From assembly GCF_046105845.1 (NCBI RefSeq), contig NZ_CP151004.1: a stretch of DNA of 64,000 nt, one strand, 5' to 3'. Below are positions 1-14,375 of this stretch, piece by piece. Made by a program: the position numbers and the translations under genes. The notes under the pieces were generated by a model. It was not told where the DNA came from and searched no databases. It was given only the letters and a program-made list of their open reading frames with translations. Position 1 is the stretch's first letter. Each line of letters starts with the position of its first letter. This DNA is from Escherichia coli. Lineage in GTDB: Bacteria > Pseudomonadota > Gammaproteobacteria > Enterobacterales > Enterobacteriaceae.

Positions 1-1
1 T

Positions 2-217
2 ATGGCCCCGAAAGAGGGTCGTCCAGGGATTATTCAGAAGACAGGTGGTGGTGGCGGTTTCATTACCTATATGGCGATGATCCCGCAGAAGAACATTGGC
101 GCATTTGTGGTGGTCACTCGTTCGCCATTGACGCGCTTTAAAAATATGAGCGATGGCATCAATGACCTGGTGACCGAACTGAGCGGGAATAAACCGTTGG
201 TCATCCCCGCGTCCTGA
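2..217 (+). CDS. ampH: Penicillin-binding protein AmpH, 3' end only (partial at window edge)
   Basis: ORF runs off the 5' window edge and ends TGA at 215-217; position next to yaiV/yaiT/hemB matches the K-12 neighbourhood. Confidence 0.55.
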   Translation: MAPKEGRPGIIQKTGGGGGFITYMAMIPQKNIGAFVVVTRSPLTRFKNMSDGINDLVTELSGNKPLVIPAS

Positions 218-3892
<3,675 letters not shown>

Positions 3893-4414
3893 TTGTCATC
3901 CCTCCTCAGGGACGTAATAAGTTGATCCATCAATTATCAATGCATAGAAAACATATTATGTTTCGCGCTAACGATTATGCTGCGTTACAGACGAATGGTT
4001 CAATTATTCTTTCCCCTAAGTCCGAATGTGGACATATATAATTTATGGAGAAAAATACACACCGAATTGATAAAAACACCATATTTCAATATGTTGCAGA
4101 TAATGTTATTTTTGAAACATACGCATCATAAATATCACAAACACAAACCAGACAAACATCCTATCAATATGCAACAAAGTTTTAATTATTCAATTTATAG
4201 CAGCAAAACCAAACCCCAAAAATAATAACCAAGAACTATAAATAAAAATTAAAAATATTTTCAGTGAATATGAAATTATTGCTGTTTCTATTACAAAGAT
4301 GTCCTGGCCTCTCTTCCATTCTCTTCTTGTCAACATCGCGACAACTTTCGTAAAACATCCCCACCCTGCTTCAGGTATACTATGCCCCTCGATTCCACAA
4401 ACATCAGGCAGACC

Positions 4415-5389
4415 ATGACAGACTTAATCCAACGCCCTCGTCGCCTGCGCAAATCTCCTGCGCTGCGCGCTATGTTTGAAGAGACAACACTTAGCCTTAA
4501 CGACCTGGTGTTGCCGATCTTTGTTGAAGAAGAAATTGACGACTACAAAGCCGTTGAAGCCATGCCAGGCGTGATGCGCATTCCAGAGAAACATCTGGCA
4601 CGCGAAATTGAACGCATCGCCAACGCCGGTATTCGTTCCGTGATGACTTTCGGCATCTCTCACCATACCGATGAAACCGGCAGCGACGCCTGGCGGGAAG
4701 ATGGACTGGTGGCGCGTATGTCGCGCATATGCAAGCAGACTGTGCCAGAAATGATCGTCATGTCAGACACTTGTTTCTGTGAATACACTTCTCACGGTCA
4801 CTGCGGTGTGCTGTGCGAGCATGGCGTCGACAACGACGCGACTCTGGAAAATTTAGGCAAGCAAGCCGTGGTTGCAGCTGCTGCAGGTGCAGACTTCATC
4901 GCCCCTTCCGCCGCGATGGACGGCCAGGTACAGGCGATTCGTCAGGCGCTGGACGCTGCGGGCTTTAAAGATACGGCGATTATGTCGTATTCGACCAAGT
5001 TCGCCTCTTCCTTTTATGGTCCGTTCCGTGAAGCTGCCGGAAGCGCATTAAAAGGCGACCGCAAAAGCTATCAGATGAACCCGATGAACCGCCGCGAAGC
5101 GATTCGTGAATCACTGCTGGATGAAGCCCAGGGCGCAGACTGCCTGATGGTTAAACCAGCTGGAGCGTACCTCGACATCGTGCGTGAGCTGCGTGAACGT
5201 ACTGAATTGCCGATTGGTGCGTATCAGGTGAGCGGTGAGTACGCGATGATTAAGTTCGCCGCGCTGGCGGGTGCTATAGATGAAGAGAAAGTCGTGCTCG
5301 AAAGCTTAGGTTCGATTAAGCGTGCGGGTGCGGATCTGATTTTCAGCTACTTTGCGCTGGATCTGGCTGAGAAGAAGATTCTGCGTTAA
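4415..5389 (+). CDS. hemB: Porphobilinogen synthase (delta-aminolevulinate dehydratase)
   Basis: Protein begins [28 protein letters not shown]; start trimmed from track ORF (4382) to the ATG at 4415 giving 324 aa. Confidence 0.93.
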
Positions 5390-5399
5390 TGATCATTAT

Positions 5400-5431
5400 G
5401 CCGGGTTATCCCAACCCGGCATTTCCTCTTC
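5400..5431. terminator. Bidirectional rho-independent terminator between convergent hemB and tauD
   Basis: GCCGGGTT-ATCCC-AACCCGGC followed by ATTTCCTCTTC on the + strand. Confidence 0.55.
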
Positions 5432-6281
5432 ACCCCGCCCGATAAAACGGTTTATCCCCAAGGATCGTCGCCCGATGCATAATCCGCCGCTGTGGCAGGT
5501 AATCCGCATTGGCATAGTGCTGAGTCACGCGATTATCCCAAATCGCAATATCATTCGGTTGCCAGCGCCAGCGCACCTGAAACTCCGGTTTGGTGATATG
5601 GGCAAACAAAAAACTTAACAAGGCTTCGCTCTCTTTCTCGCTCACATCAACAATTCGCGTAGTAAAGCCTTCATTCACAAACAGCGCCTGTTTACCGCTC
5701 ACCGGATGCGTTCGCACCACCGGATGTAGCAACGGCGGGTTTTTCGCGACCGCCTCGCGCCAGCGTTGATGTTCCTCCTCGGTTTTGCGGTATTTGTATT
5801 CCGGGAACGATTTACGGAAATCATGCTCCGCACGCAGCCCGCTCAGCAGCTGGCGGAAGGGAACAGAGAGCGCCTCATAGGCCGCAATACCGCTGGTCCA
5901 GAGCGTATCACCGCCGGTCGAAGGTAACTCTTTAGCTGCCAGAATCGCCCCTGCGGGTGGCGTTTCAATAAATGTCACATCGGTATGCCAGTTGTCGTTA
6001 TCTGGCGGATTATCGTTATGGGTATCCAGCACGATGATCTCGTCAACCCCTTCGGCATGAGGGTAAACAGGGTGAATATGCAGTTCGCCAAAACGCTGGG
6101 CCAGCGCGCGTTGCTGCAGCGGCGTAATGGCCTGTTCACGCAGAAACACCACCTGATGGCGCAGTACCGCATGGTAAAGCTGTTCAAACTGGTTATCACT
6201 TAACGGGCGCGTCAGGTCGGCACCCGTAATTTGTGCGCCAATATACGGCCCCAGCGGGGTAATGCTCAGACGTTCACTCAT
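5430..6281 (-). CDS. tauD: Taurine dioxygenase (alpha-ketoglutarate dependent)
   Basis: 283 aa, begins [23 protein letters not shown]; last gene of tauABCD. Confidence 0.95.
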   Translation of the reverse strand: MSERLSITPLGPYIGAQITGADLTRPLSDNQFEQLYHAVLRHQVVFLREQAITPLQQRALAQRFGELHIHPVYPHAEGVDEIIVLDTHNDNPPDNDNWHTDVTFIETPPAGAILAAKELPSTGGDTLWTSGIAAYEALSVPFRQLLSGLRAEHDFRKSFPEYKYRKTEEEHQRWREAVAKNPPLLHPVVRTHPVSGKQALFVNEGFTTRIVDVSEKESEALLSFLFAHITKPEFQVRWRWQPNDIAIWDNRVTQHYANADYLPQRRIMHRATILGDKPFYRAG

Positions 6282-7105
6282 TGTACTTCTCCATGCCAGG
6301 GCGTCAGGCGGCGCTGTAACGCGCGCAGACCCAGTTCTAAAAGAAAGGCGATAATCGCAATCACCGCGATCCCCGCCAGCACCACGTCAGTCGCGAGAAA
6401 TTCACCCGCTGACTGAACCATAAATCCTAAACCGCGCGTCGCGGCAATCAGCTCCGCCGCCACCAGCGTAGACCAGCCCACACCCAGACCAATACGTAAT
6501 CCGGTGAGGATTTCCGGCAGCGCGCCGGGCAAAATGACAAACCACAGCACCTGCGCACGGCTGGCACCCAGAGACTGGGCGGCACGAATGCGAACCTGCT
6601 GCGCGCTTTTCACCCCCGCCAGCGCCGACATCGCCACCGGTGCAAAAATCGCTAAATAGATCAGTAAGATCTTCGAGGTTTCACCAATACCAAACCAGAT
6701 CACCATCAGCGGCAAATACGCCAGCGGCGGCACCGGGCGATACAATTCAATTACCGGATCCAGAATGCCGCGCACCGTCGGGCTTAGTCCCATGGCGATC
6801 CCGACCGGAATGCCGATCAACACCGCCGCAAGTAGCGCCAGCATAATGCGCGTCAGGCTGGCTGCCAGATGCTGCCACAGGGTGGCGTCCATAAATCCCT
6901 GCGGCCCGGCAATGGTGAGCAGTTTTGCCAGTACCTGTTGCGGTGGCGGCAAAAACAGCGGGCTAATCAGGTGCAGCGCCGCGACTGCCCACCATACAGT
7001 GAGCAAAATCGCTAACGTGCCAATGCTTAAGGTCACCTGACGCGAGAGCGGCCAGCGCCATTTCAGCCGACGCGAATGCAGTTTTTCATTAATGAGCACA
7101 CTCAT
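6278..7105 (-). CDS. tauC: Taurine ABC transporter permease
   Basis: 275-aa polytopic membrane protein; start/stop overlaps with tauB and tauD. Confidence 0.93.
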   Translation of the reverse strand: MSVLINEKLHSRRLKWRWPLSRQVTLSIGTLAILLTVWWAVAALHLISPLFLPPPQQVLAKLLTIAGPQGFMDATLWQHLAASLTRIMLALLAAVLIGIPVGIAMGLSPTVRGILDPVIELYRPVPPLAYLPLMVIWFGIGETSKILLIYLAIFAPVAMSALAGVKSAQQVRIRAAQSLGASRAQVLWFVILPGALPEILTGLRIGLGVGWSTLVAAELIAATRGLGFMVQSAGEFLATDVVLAGIAVIAIIAFLLELGLRALQRRLTPWHGEVQ

Positions 7106-7869
7106 GAGAATGCCTCCCGTTGCTCAAATACGCGGCTTAAAACATATTCGCGCATGGCGATGAATTGTGGATCGGACTTGATGCTGCGGCTCGGTTCCCC
7201 GGCAACAAAGCGGCGGGCGAAGTTGAGCGGCAGCCGCTCCAGCACGCGGCCTGGGCCGGGTGAAAGCAGAACCAGTTCAGTCGCCATAAACACCGCTTCT
7301 TCTATATCGTGGGTAATCAACAGCACCTGCTTGCCCGTCTCCTGCCAGAGTTTCAGCAGCAGGGTTTGCATCTGGTCGCGGGTGAAGGCGTCCAGCGCAC
7401 CAAACGGTTCATCGAGTAATAACAGCTGGGGATTTGCCGCCAGCGCGCGGGCAATCCCCACCCGCTGACGTTGACCGCCGGAAAGCTGCCAGATGTAGCG
7501 TTTTTCTGCCCCTTCCAGCCCCACTTTTTTCAGCATCTGGTGCGCGATTTCCAGTCGCTGCATTTTCTCAACACCTGCCAGTTGCAGGCCGAACGCCACG
7601 TTGTCCCGTACATTGCGCCACGGTAGCAGCCCTTCATTCTGAAAAACTACGCCACGCTCTGCTCCCGGCCCCTCAATGCGTTTGCCCGCCAGTTGAATAC
7701 TGCCGTGCTGATAAGGCACAAAACCGGCAATCAGATTCAGCAGGGTGGTTTTACCGCAGCCGGACGGCCCCAGCACCACCAGTAGCTCACCGCTTTCCAG
7801 CGTCAGGTTGATATCTTCCAGTGCCGGTTTGCCGCCATAATCGGCGTAAAGATGAGAGATTTGCAGCAT
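7102..7869 (-). CDS. tauB: Taurine ABC transporter ATP-binding protein
   Basis: 255 aa; Walker [10 protein letters not shown], signature LSGGQRQR. Confidence 0.94.
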   Translation of the reverse strand: MLQISHLYADYGGKPALEDINLTLESGELLVVLGPSGCGKTTLLNLIAGFVPYQHGSIQLAGKRIEGPGAERGVVFQNEGLLPWRNVRDNVAFGLQLAGVEKMQRLEIAHQMLKKVGLEGAEKRYIWQLSGGQRQRVGIARALAANPQLLLLDEPFGALDAFTRDQMQTLLLKLWQETGKQVLLITHDIEEAVFMATELVLLSPGPGRVLERLPLNFARRFVAGEPSRSIKSDPQFIAMREYVLSRVFEQREAFS

Positions 7870-7881
7870 CTGCGCCTCCTT

Positions 7882-8844
7882 TTATTGCACGAAGCGCGAG
7901 GTCACGTACTGGCTGTAATCATTCGCTACAGCCGGGACTTTGCCCTGCTCTTTCAAAAACTGCGCGGTGTCGATGATCGCTTTGTTCACCGGTCCGGTCA
8001 GTTCTGCCGTTTGCTGCTGCGGCGTCAGATAGGTATTCCCCTTCACCAGCCCCGGAACGTCACCTTCAGGTACGCCGCTTAAACGCGCCAGCTTGCTGAT
8101 GTTTTCCGGCTGTTTCAGCCACGCGTCTGGGTTAGCAATGTACGGTTGCTGAGCATCGATGGCGCTTTTAGCGAACGCTTTCACGACCTCTGGATGTTTC
8201 TCGGCAAAATCTTTGCGCACCACCCAGACGTCCAGCGTCGGCGCACCCCACTGCCCGACCTGTTCAGAATCGGTCAGCACCTTGCCGTCTTTTTCCAGGG
8301 CGTTAACCGCCGGTGCCCAGACATAAGCACCATCAATGTCTCCCCGTTGCCATGCGGCGATAATCGCGGGTGGCTGCAGGTTCACTATCTCCACTTGTCC
8401 GGGTTTTATACCCCAGTGTTTCAGCGCCGCCAGCAGGCTGTAGTGGGTGGTGGAGATAAACGGTACGGCGATGCGTTTGCCAATGAGATCTTCCGGTTTG
8501 CTGATAGTTTTCTTTACCACCAGCGCTTCGGAGTTACCCAGTTTTGACGCCAGTAAGAAGACTTCAATCGGCACCTGTTGGCTGGCTGCCACCGCTAATG
8601 GGCTGGAACCGAGGTTACCGATTTGGACATCGCCTGAAGCCAGCGCCCGCACGATGCTGGCTCCGCTGTCAAACTTACGCCAGTCCACCGTCGCCCCGCT
8701 CTCTTTAGCAAAGGTGTTATCAGCCTGAGCCACTTTCGCCGGTTCAGCGGAGGTTTGATAGGCCACGGTGACGTTCACCGCCTGTGCCTGAAAAGCGATG
8801 AATGCCAGTGCGGCAAGAAGTGTGTTACGCGATGAAATTGCCAT
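7882..8844 (-). CDS. tauA: Taurine ABC transporter periplasmic binding protein
   Basis: 320 aa with signal peptide; first gene of tauABCD. Confidence 0.93.
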   Translation of the reverse strand: MAISSRNTLLAALAFIAFQAQAVNVTVAYQTSAEPAKVAQADNTFAKESGATVDWRKFDSGASIVRALASGDVQIGNLGSSPLAVAASQQVPIEVFLLASKLGNSEALVVKKTISKPEDLIGKRIAVPFISTTHYSLLAALKHWGIKPGQVEIVNLQPPAIIAAWQRGDIDGAYVWAPAVNALEKDGKVLTDSEQVGQWGAPTLDVWVVRKDFAEKHPEVVKAFAKSAIDAQQPYIANPDAWLKQPENISKLARLSGVPEGDVPGLVKGNTYLTPQQQTAELTGPVNKAIIDTAQFLKEQGKVPAVANDYSQYVTSRFVQ

Positions 8845-9450
8845 GATTGTCTGCTCCCCTGTCTTGTTATGGGAGCAGTATTCGCGGACAAAAGAATTTG
8901 ATAAAAGAATTAATCATTATGGGCAATACGTTTTTATTCTTAGCAAAAAAATGGCAAACGATAGATTAGTTATGCATGTATCTACCATGTTAAGACTTAG
9001 TAAGCTGTGATTCAGCATGGATGTGAATAAATAATCAAATAGTTCGTTTTCTTATTTACCATTGACCACATGAATGAATAGATGAGCCATCAAGAAACCA
9101 TTCAGATTTTATATAAAACAGCCCTCATACAATGTCAGTATTTTATATATCATTCACTTAATGAATAAATATAAAATAGTTCACAAAGATATTTTTTAAA
9201 TGCAATTAATTGACAAACTAAATCACATCTAAATACAATATATAAAACAAAATTACCATGTATGCTAAGCAAACAAACATTTAACATATGATATACATAA
9301 ATAAAATCTGTCTCCCTAAAGCCCCGTAGGTTATTAAATAACCATTATTTTTAAGGGTTATTTTTTTTAACAGTATGCTTTTTTAGCATCTGAGGATGTT
9401 GCAGTTGGCTACTGTTCTGCGTTCGCCAGGTTTTCTGCATAATAATTAAA
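8845..9450. promoter_or_regulatory. Long AT-rich divergent intergenic region upstream of tauA and yaiS (tauABCD promoter; sulfate-starvation CysB/Cbl control expected)
   Basis: About 600 bp non-coding, very AT-rich from ~9050-9420; the CysB/Cbl role is established knowledge, individual sites not mapped here. Confidence 0.4.
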
Positions 9451-10137
9451 ATGGAGTGTCATGAATTGGATAAGGTTTTAACTTCTGCGTTGCATTCTTC
9501 CGAGAAAAAGAGGAAAGGTATCCTTGCGATTGGCGCACATCCTGACGATATAGAATTAGGTTGTGGCGCATCGCTTGCTCGACTTGCGAAAAAGGGAATT
9601 TATATCGCAGCCGTTGTCATGACTTCCGGTGATTCTGGTGTAAATGATATTATTGACCGCCATGAAGAATCACGCGAAGCATTAATGATGTTGGGTTGCG
9701 CGCAAACAATACATCTTAATTTTGCCGACACTCGTACCCATTTGCAGCTCAATGATATGATTTCCGCCCTGGAAGACATCATTAAAAATCAAATTCCTTC
9801 TGATGTTGAAATCATGCGGGTATATACCATGCATGATGCCGACCGCCATCAGGATCATCTTGCTGTTTATCAAGCTTCAATGGTTGCCTGCCGAACTATT
9901 CCACAAATTCTCGGCTACGAAACCCCAAGCACCTGGCTTTCATTTATGCCTCAGGTTTTTGAATCCGTTAAAGAAGAATATTTCACAGTCAAACTTGCTG
10001 CATTAAAAAAACATAAAAGCCAGGAACGACGCGATTATATGCGTCATGATCGCCTGCGTGCAGTTGCACAATTTCGCGGGCAACAGGTCAATAGCGATCT
10101 GGGTGAAGGCTTTGTAATTCATAAAATGATTCTTTGA
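9451..10137 (+). CDS. yaiS: PIG-L/LmbE-family N-acetylglucosaminyl deacetylase-like protein
   Basis: 228-aa ORF with the N-terminal LmbE-type motif AIGAHPDDIELGCG; exact start uncertain (no clear SD). Confidence 0.8.
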   Translation: MECHELDKVLTSALHSSEKKRKGILAIGAHPDDIELGCGASLARLAKKGIYIAAVVMTSGDSGVNDIIDRHEESREALMMLGCAQTIHLNFADTRTHLQLNDMISALEDIIKNQIPSDVEIMRVYTMHDADRHQDHLAVYQASMVACRTIPQILGYETPSTWLSFMPQVFESVKEEYFTVKLAALKKHKSQERRDYMRHDRLRAVAQFRGQQVNSDLGEGFVIHKMIL

Positions 10138-10146
10138 GCAAATTGC

Positions 10147-11343
10147 ATGAAAACCTGGATATTTATCTGTATGTCCATAGCAATGTTGCTATGGTTTTTA
10201 AGTACGCTAAAACGTAAACCCAGTCAAAAGAAAGGCTGTATTGACGCAATTATACCTGCTTATAACGAAGGCCCGTGTCTGGCACAGTCACTGGATAATC
10301 TGCTGCGTAACCCTTATTTTTGCCGGGTAATTTGCGTAAACGACGGCTCCACGGACAATACCGAAGCGGTCATGGAGGAAGTCAAACGCAAATGGGGCGA
10401 CCGCTTTGTTGCCGTCACGCAAAAAAATACCGGTAAAGGTGGTGCGCTGATGAATGGCCTCAATTACGCCACCTGCGACCAGGTTTTTTTAAGTGATGCC
10501 GACACCTATGTTCCGCCCGATCAAGACGGAATGGGCTATATGCTGGCAGAAATTGAGCGCGGTGCCGATGCCGTAGGCGGCATTCCCTCTACTGCGTTGA
10601 AAGGCGCGGGTCTGTTACCACACATCCGCGCGACCGTAAAGTTGCCGATGATTGTTATGAAGCGCACGCTACAGCAGCTCGTGGGCGGCGCACCGTTTAT
10701 TATCAGCGGTGCCTGCGGGATGTTCCGTACTGATGTATTGCGTAAGTTCGGTTTCTCAGATCGTACTAAAGTCGAAGACCTTGATCTCACCTGGACATTG
10801 GTGGCAAACGGCTACCGTATTCGGCAGGCGAATCGCTGCATCGTATACCCACAGGAATGCAACAGCCCGCGTGAGGAGTGGCGTCGCTGGCGGCGTTGGA
10901 TTGTGGGCTACGCGGTCTGTATGCGCCTGCATAAAAGACTTTTATTTAGCCGCTTCGGTATCTTCAGTATATTTCCTATGCTGTTGGTTGTGCTTTATGG
11001 CGTTGGGATTTATCTCACTACCTGGTTTAATGAATTCATCACCACCGGGCCGCATGGTGTGGTGTTGGCAATGTTTCCGCTTATCTGGGTCGGCGTAGTT
11101 TGTGTTATTGGTGCTTTTAGCGCCTGGTTTCATCGTTGCTGGTTGTTGGTGCCTTTAGCGCCGCTTTCCGTTGTGTATGTATTATTAGCTTATGCCATCT
11201 GGATTATTTATGGACTTATTGCCTTTTTTACTGGACGCGAACCTCAGCGCGACAAACCCACCCGCTATTCCGCACTGGTGGAAGCGTCAACCGCTTATTC
11301 CCAACCTTCTGCTACAGGAACTGAAAAACTATCTGAAGCTTAA
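10147..11343 (+). CDS. yaiP: Family 2 glycosyltransferase with C-terminal multi-TM domain (processive-synthase-like)
   Basis: 398 aa; N-terminal TM helix, GT-A motifs (NDGSTDNT, SDADTY), WRRWRRW (QxxRW-like) followed by four predicted TM helices. Confidence 0.88.
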   Translation: MKTWIFICMSIAMLLWFLSTLKRKPSQKKGCIDAIIPAYNEGPCLAQSLDNLLRNPYFCRVICVNDGSTDNTEAVMEEVKRKWGDRFVAVTQKNTGKGGALMNGLNYATCDQVFLSDADTYVPPDQDGMGYMLAEIERGADAVGGIPSTALKGAGLLPHIRATVKLPMIVMKRTLQQLVGGAPFIISGACGMFRTDVLRKFGFSDRTKVEDLDLTWTLVANGYRIRQANRCIVYPQECNSPREEWRRWRRWIVGYAVCMRLHKRLLFSRFGIFSIFPMLLVVLYGVGIYLTTWFNEFITTGPHGVVLAMFPLIWVGVVCVIGAFSAWFHRCWLLVPLAPLSVVYVLLAYAIWIIYGLIAFFTGREPQRDKPTRYSALVEASTAYSQPSATGTEKLSEA

Positions 11344-11902
11344 TGTTAAAGAGAAAAACATTCAGATTGCAGACCAGGTAATTATTGATGAAACTGCAGG
11401 TGAAGTTGTTATCGGCGCGAATACCCGTATTTGTCATGGTGCCGTTATTCAGGGTCCGGTAGTGATTGGCGCAAACTGCCTGATAGGTAATTATGCGTTT
11501 ATTCGTCCTGGCACAATAATCAGCAATGGCGTAAAAATTGGTTTTGCCACCGAAATTAAAAATGCGGTTATTGAAGCGGAAGCAACGATTGGTCCGCAAT
11601 GCTTTATCGCCGACTCGGTAGTTGCAAACCAGGCATATTTGGGCGCACAAGTACGTACCAGTAATCATCGTCTGGATGAACAGCCCGTGTCTGTTAGAAC
11701 TCCAGAGGGAATTATCGCTACCGGATGCGATAAATTAGGTTGTTATATCGGGCAGCGTTCACGCCTTGGCGTACAAGTTATTATTTTGCCTGGGCGAATT
11801 ATTTCCCCGAACACGCAACTTGGCCCGCGCGTGATTGTAGAACGTAATTTACCTCCCGGAACTTATTCACTCCGACAAGAACTTATCCGTACAGGAGATT
11901 AA
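11192..11902 (+). CDS. yaiX: Hexapeptide-repeat (left-handed beta-helix) acyl/acetyltransferase, intact YaiX; start uncertain
   Basis: Repeating [LIV]-G-x-x-x-x hexapeptide pattern; no in-frame ATG/GTG/TTG downstream of the yaiP stop (11343), so the ORF must start at ATG 11192 or 11210, overlapping the yaiP 3' end out of frame. Confidence 0.6.
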   Translation: MPSGLFMDLLPFLLDANLSATNPPAIPHWWKRQPLIPNLLLQELKNYLKLNVKEKNIQIADQVIIDETAGEVVIGANTRICHGAVIQGPVVIGANCLIGNYAFIRPGTIISNGVKIGFATEIKNAVIEAEATIGPQCFIADSVVANQAYLGAQVRTSNHRLDEQPVSVRTPEGIIATGCDKLGCYIGQRSRLGVQVIILPGRIISPNTQLGPRVIVERNLPPGTYSLRQELIRTGD

Positions 11903-11903
11903 A

Positions 11904-12677
11904 ATGATAAAACGGACGTTATTAGCGGCGGTCATTTTTAGCGCATTGCCCGCTTATGCCGGGTTAACTTCCATTACCGCGGGCTACGATTTTACCGATT
12001 ATTCTGGCGATCATGGCAACCGTAATTTAGCGTATGCTGAACTGGTGGCGAAAGTTGAAAACGCAACGCTGCTTTTTAATCTTTCCCAGGGGCGTCGTGA
12101 TTATGAAACTGAACATTTCAATGCCACTCGCGGTCAGGGTGCGGTCTGGTATAAATGGAATAACTGGCTGACAACCCGAACGGGTATTGCCTTTGCGGAT
12201 AATACGCCGGTCTTTGCCCGCCAGGATTTTCGTCAGGATATTAACCTGGCACTGTTGCCAAAAACGCTTTTCACGACCGGTTATCGCTACACGAAATATT
12301 ACGATGATGTCGAAGTCGATGCCTGGCAAGGCGGCGTATCACTCTATACTGGCCCGGTGATCACCAGCTATCGCTATACCCATTATGACTCCAGCGATGC
12401 AGGTGGTAGTTACAGCAATATGATTTCCGTGCGTCTGAATGACCCGCGCGGCACTGGTTATACGCAACTATGGCTAAGCCGCGGAACAGGTGCTTACACC
12501 TATGACTGGACGCCAGAAACACGCTACGGCAGCATGAAGAGCGTCAGTTTGCAACGTATTCAACCGCTGACTGAGCAACTTAATCTCGGGCTGACGGCAG
12601 GTAAAGTGTGGTACGACACCCCAACCGATGATTATAACGGTCTGCAACTTGCAGCCCATCTGACCTGGAAATTCTGA
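11904..12677 (+). CDS. yaiO: Outer-membrane beta-barrel protein YaiO
   Basis: 257 aa; signal peptide MIKRTLLAAVIFSALPAYA; C-terminal ...LTWKF; GGAG RBS; starts 2 nt after the yaiX stop. Confidence 0.88.
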   Translation: MIKRTLLAAVIFSALPAYAGLTSITAGYDFTDYSGDHGNRNLAYAELVAKVENATLLFNLSQGRRDYETEHFNATRGQGAVWYKWNNWLTTRTGIAFADNTPVFARQDFRQDINLALLPKTLFTTGYRYTKYYDDVEVDAWQGGVSLYTGPVITSYRYTHYDSSDAGGSYSNMISVRLNDPRGTGYTQLWLSRGTGAYTYDWTPETRYGSMKSVSLQRIQPLTEQLNLGLTAGKVWYDTPTDDYNGLQLAAHLTWKF

Positions 12678-12685
12678 TTCCTTCT

Positions 12686-12707
12686 GCCGCCCGCTATCCG
12701 GGGCGGC
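12686..12707 (+). terminator. GC-rich hairpin downstream of yaiO (candidate terminator, no U-tract)
   Basis: GCCGCCC-loop-GGGCGGC immediately after the yaiO stop. Confidence 0.3.
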
Positions 12708-12787
12708 CTTCCCTGCCGATTAGCCCCACCCCCTTTCCTCTTTGTTTTCCGACCACATTCACCGGATAAATTTTATTCTCCAGTGTT

Positions 12788-12840
12788 ATATACTATAGGG
12801 GGGTATGTATTGACATATAGAATACCCCCCTATAGTATAT
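12788..12840 (+). promoter_or_regulatory. frmRAB promoter-operator: two 19-bp inverted arms with G6/C6 tracts (CsoR/RcnR-family FrmR site type) flanking a TTGACA -35
   Basis: ATATACTATAGGGGGGTAT (12788-12806) and ATACCCCCCTATAGTATAT (12822-12840) are exact reverse complements; TTGACA at 12810-12815; frmR ATG at 12865. Confidence 0.7.
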
Positions 12841-12864
12841 TGCATGCAGATGATGAGGTGCGAA

Positions 12865-13140
12865 ATGCCCAGTACTCCGGAAGAGAAGAAAAAGGTCCTT
12901 ACTCGAGTTCGTCGTATTCGGGGGCAAATTGATGCTCTGGAACGGTCGCTGGAGGGTGATGCCGAATGCCGTGCCATACTCCAACAGATCGCTGCCGTTC
13001 GGGGCGCGGCTAACGGGCTGATGGCAGAAGTGCTTGAAAGCCATATCCGGGAAACGTTTGACCGAAATGACTGCTACAGCCGCGAAGTCAGCCAATCCGT
13101 TGACGACACTATTGAACTGGTTCGTGCCTATCTTAAATAG
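12865..13140 (+). CDS. frmR: Formaldehyde-responsive repressor FrmR (CsoR/RcnR family)
   Basis: 91 aa from ATG at 12865 ([31 protein letters not shown]...) preceded by GAGG; track ORF starts 21 nt earlier. Confidence 0.93.
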
Positions 13141-13144
13141 CTGA

Positions 13145-14284
<1,140 letters not shown>

Positions 14285-14299
14285 TTTCCCGCAGGTTTA

Positions 14300-14352
14300 C
14301 CCGTCCAGTTCAGACGGGGTTCTTAATACTCTCCCCGGGCAGCCGTCCGGGG
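14300..14352 (+). other. Two tandem GC-rich stem-loops in the frmA-frmB intergenic spacer
   Basis: CCCGTC-N7-GACGGG (14300-14318) and CCCCGG-N8-CCGGGG (14333-14352). Confidence 0.3.
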
Positions 14353-14375
14353 GATTAACCGTGAGATAATGACTG

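Noticed and set aside
9451-9483. Alternative downstream start for yaiS to match a shorter K-12 annotation
   Set aside because: The conserved LmbE/PIG-L N-terminal motif (AHPDDIELGCG) sits at residues 28-38 of the long ORF, so truncating the start would remove the catalytic motif; the long form is kept.
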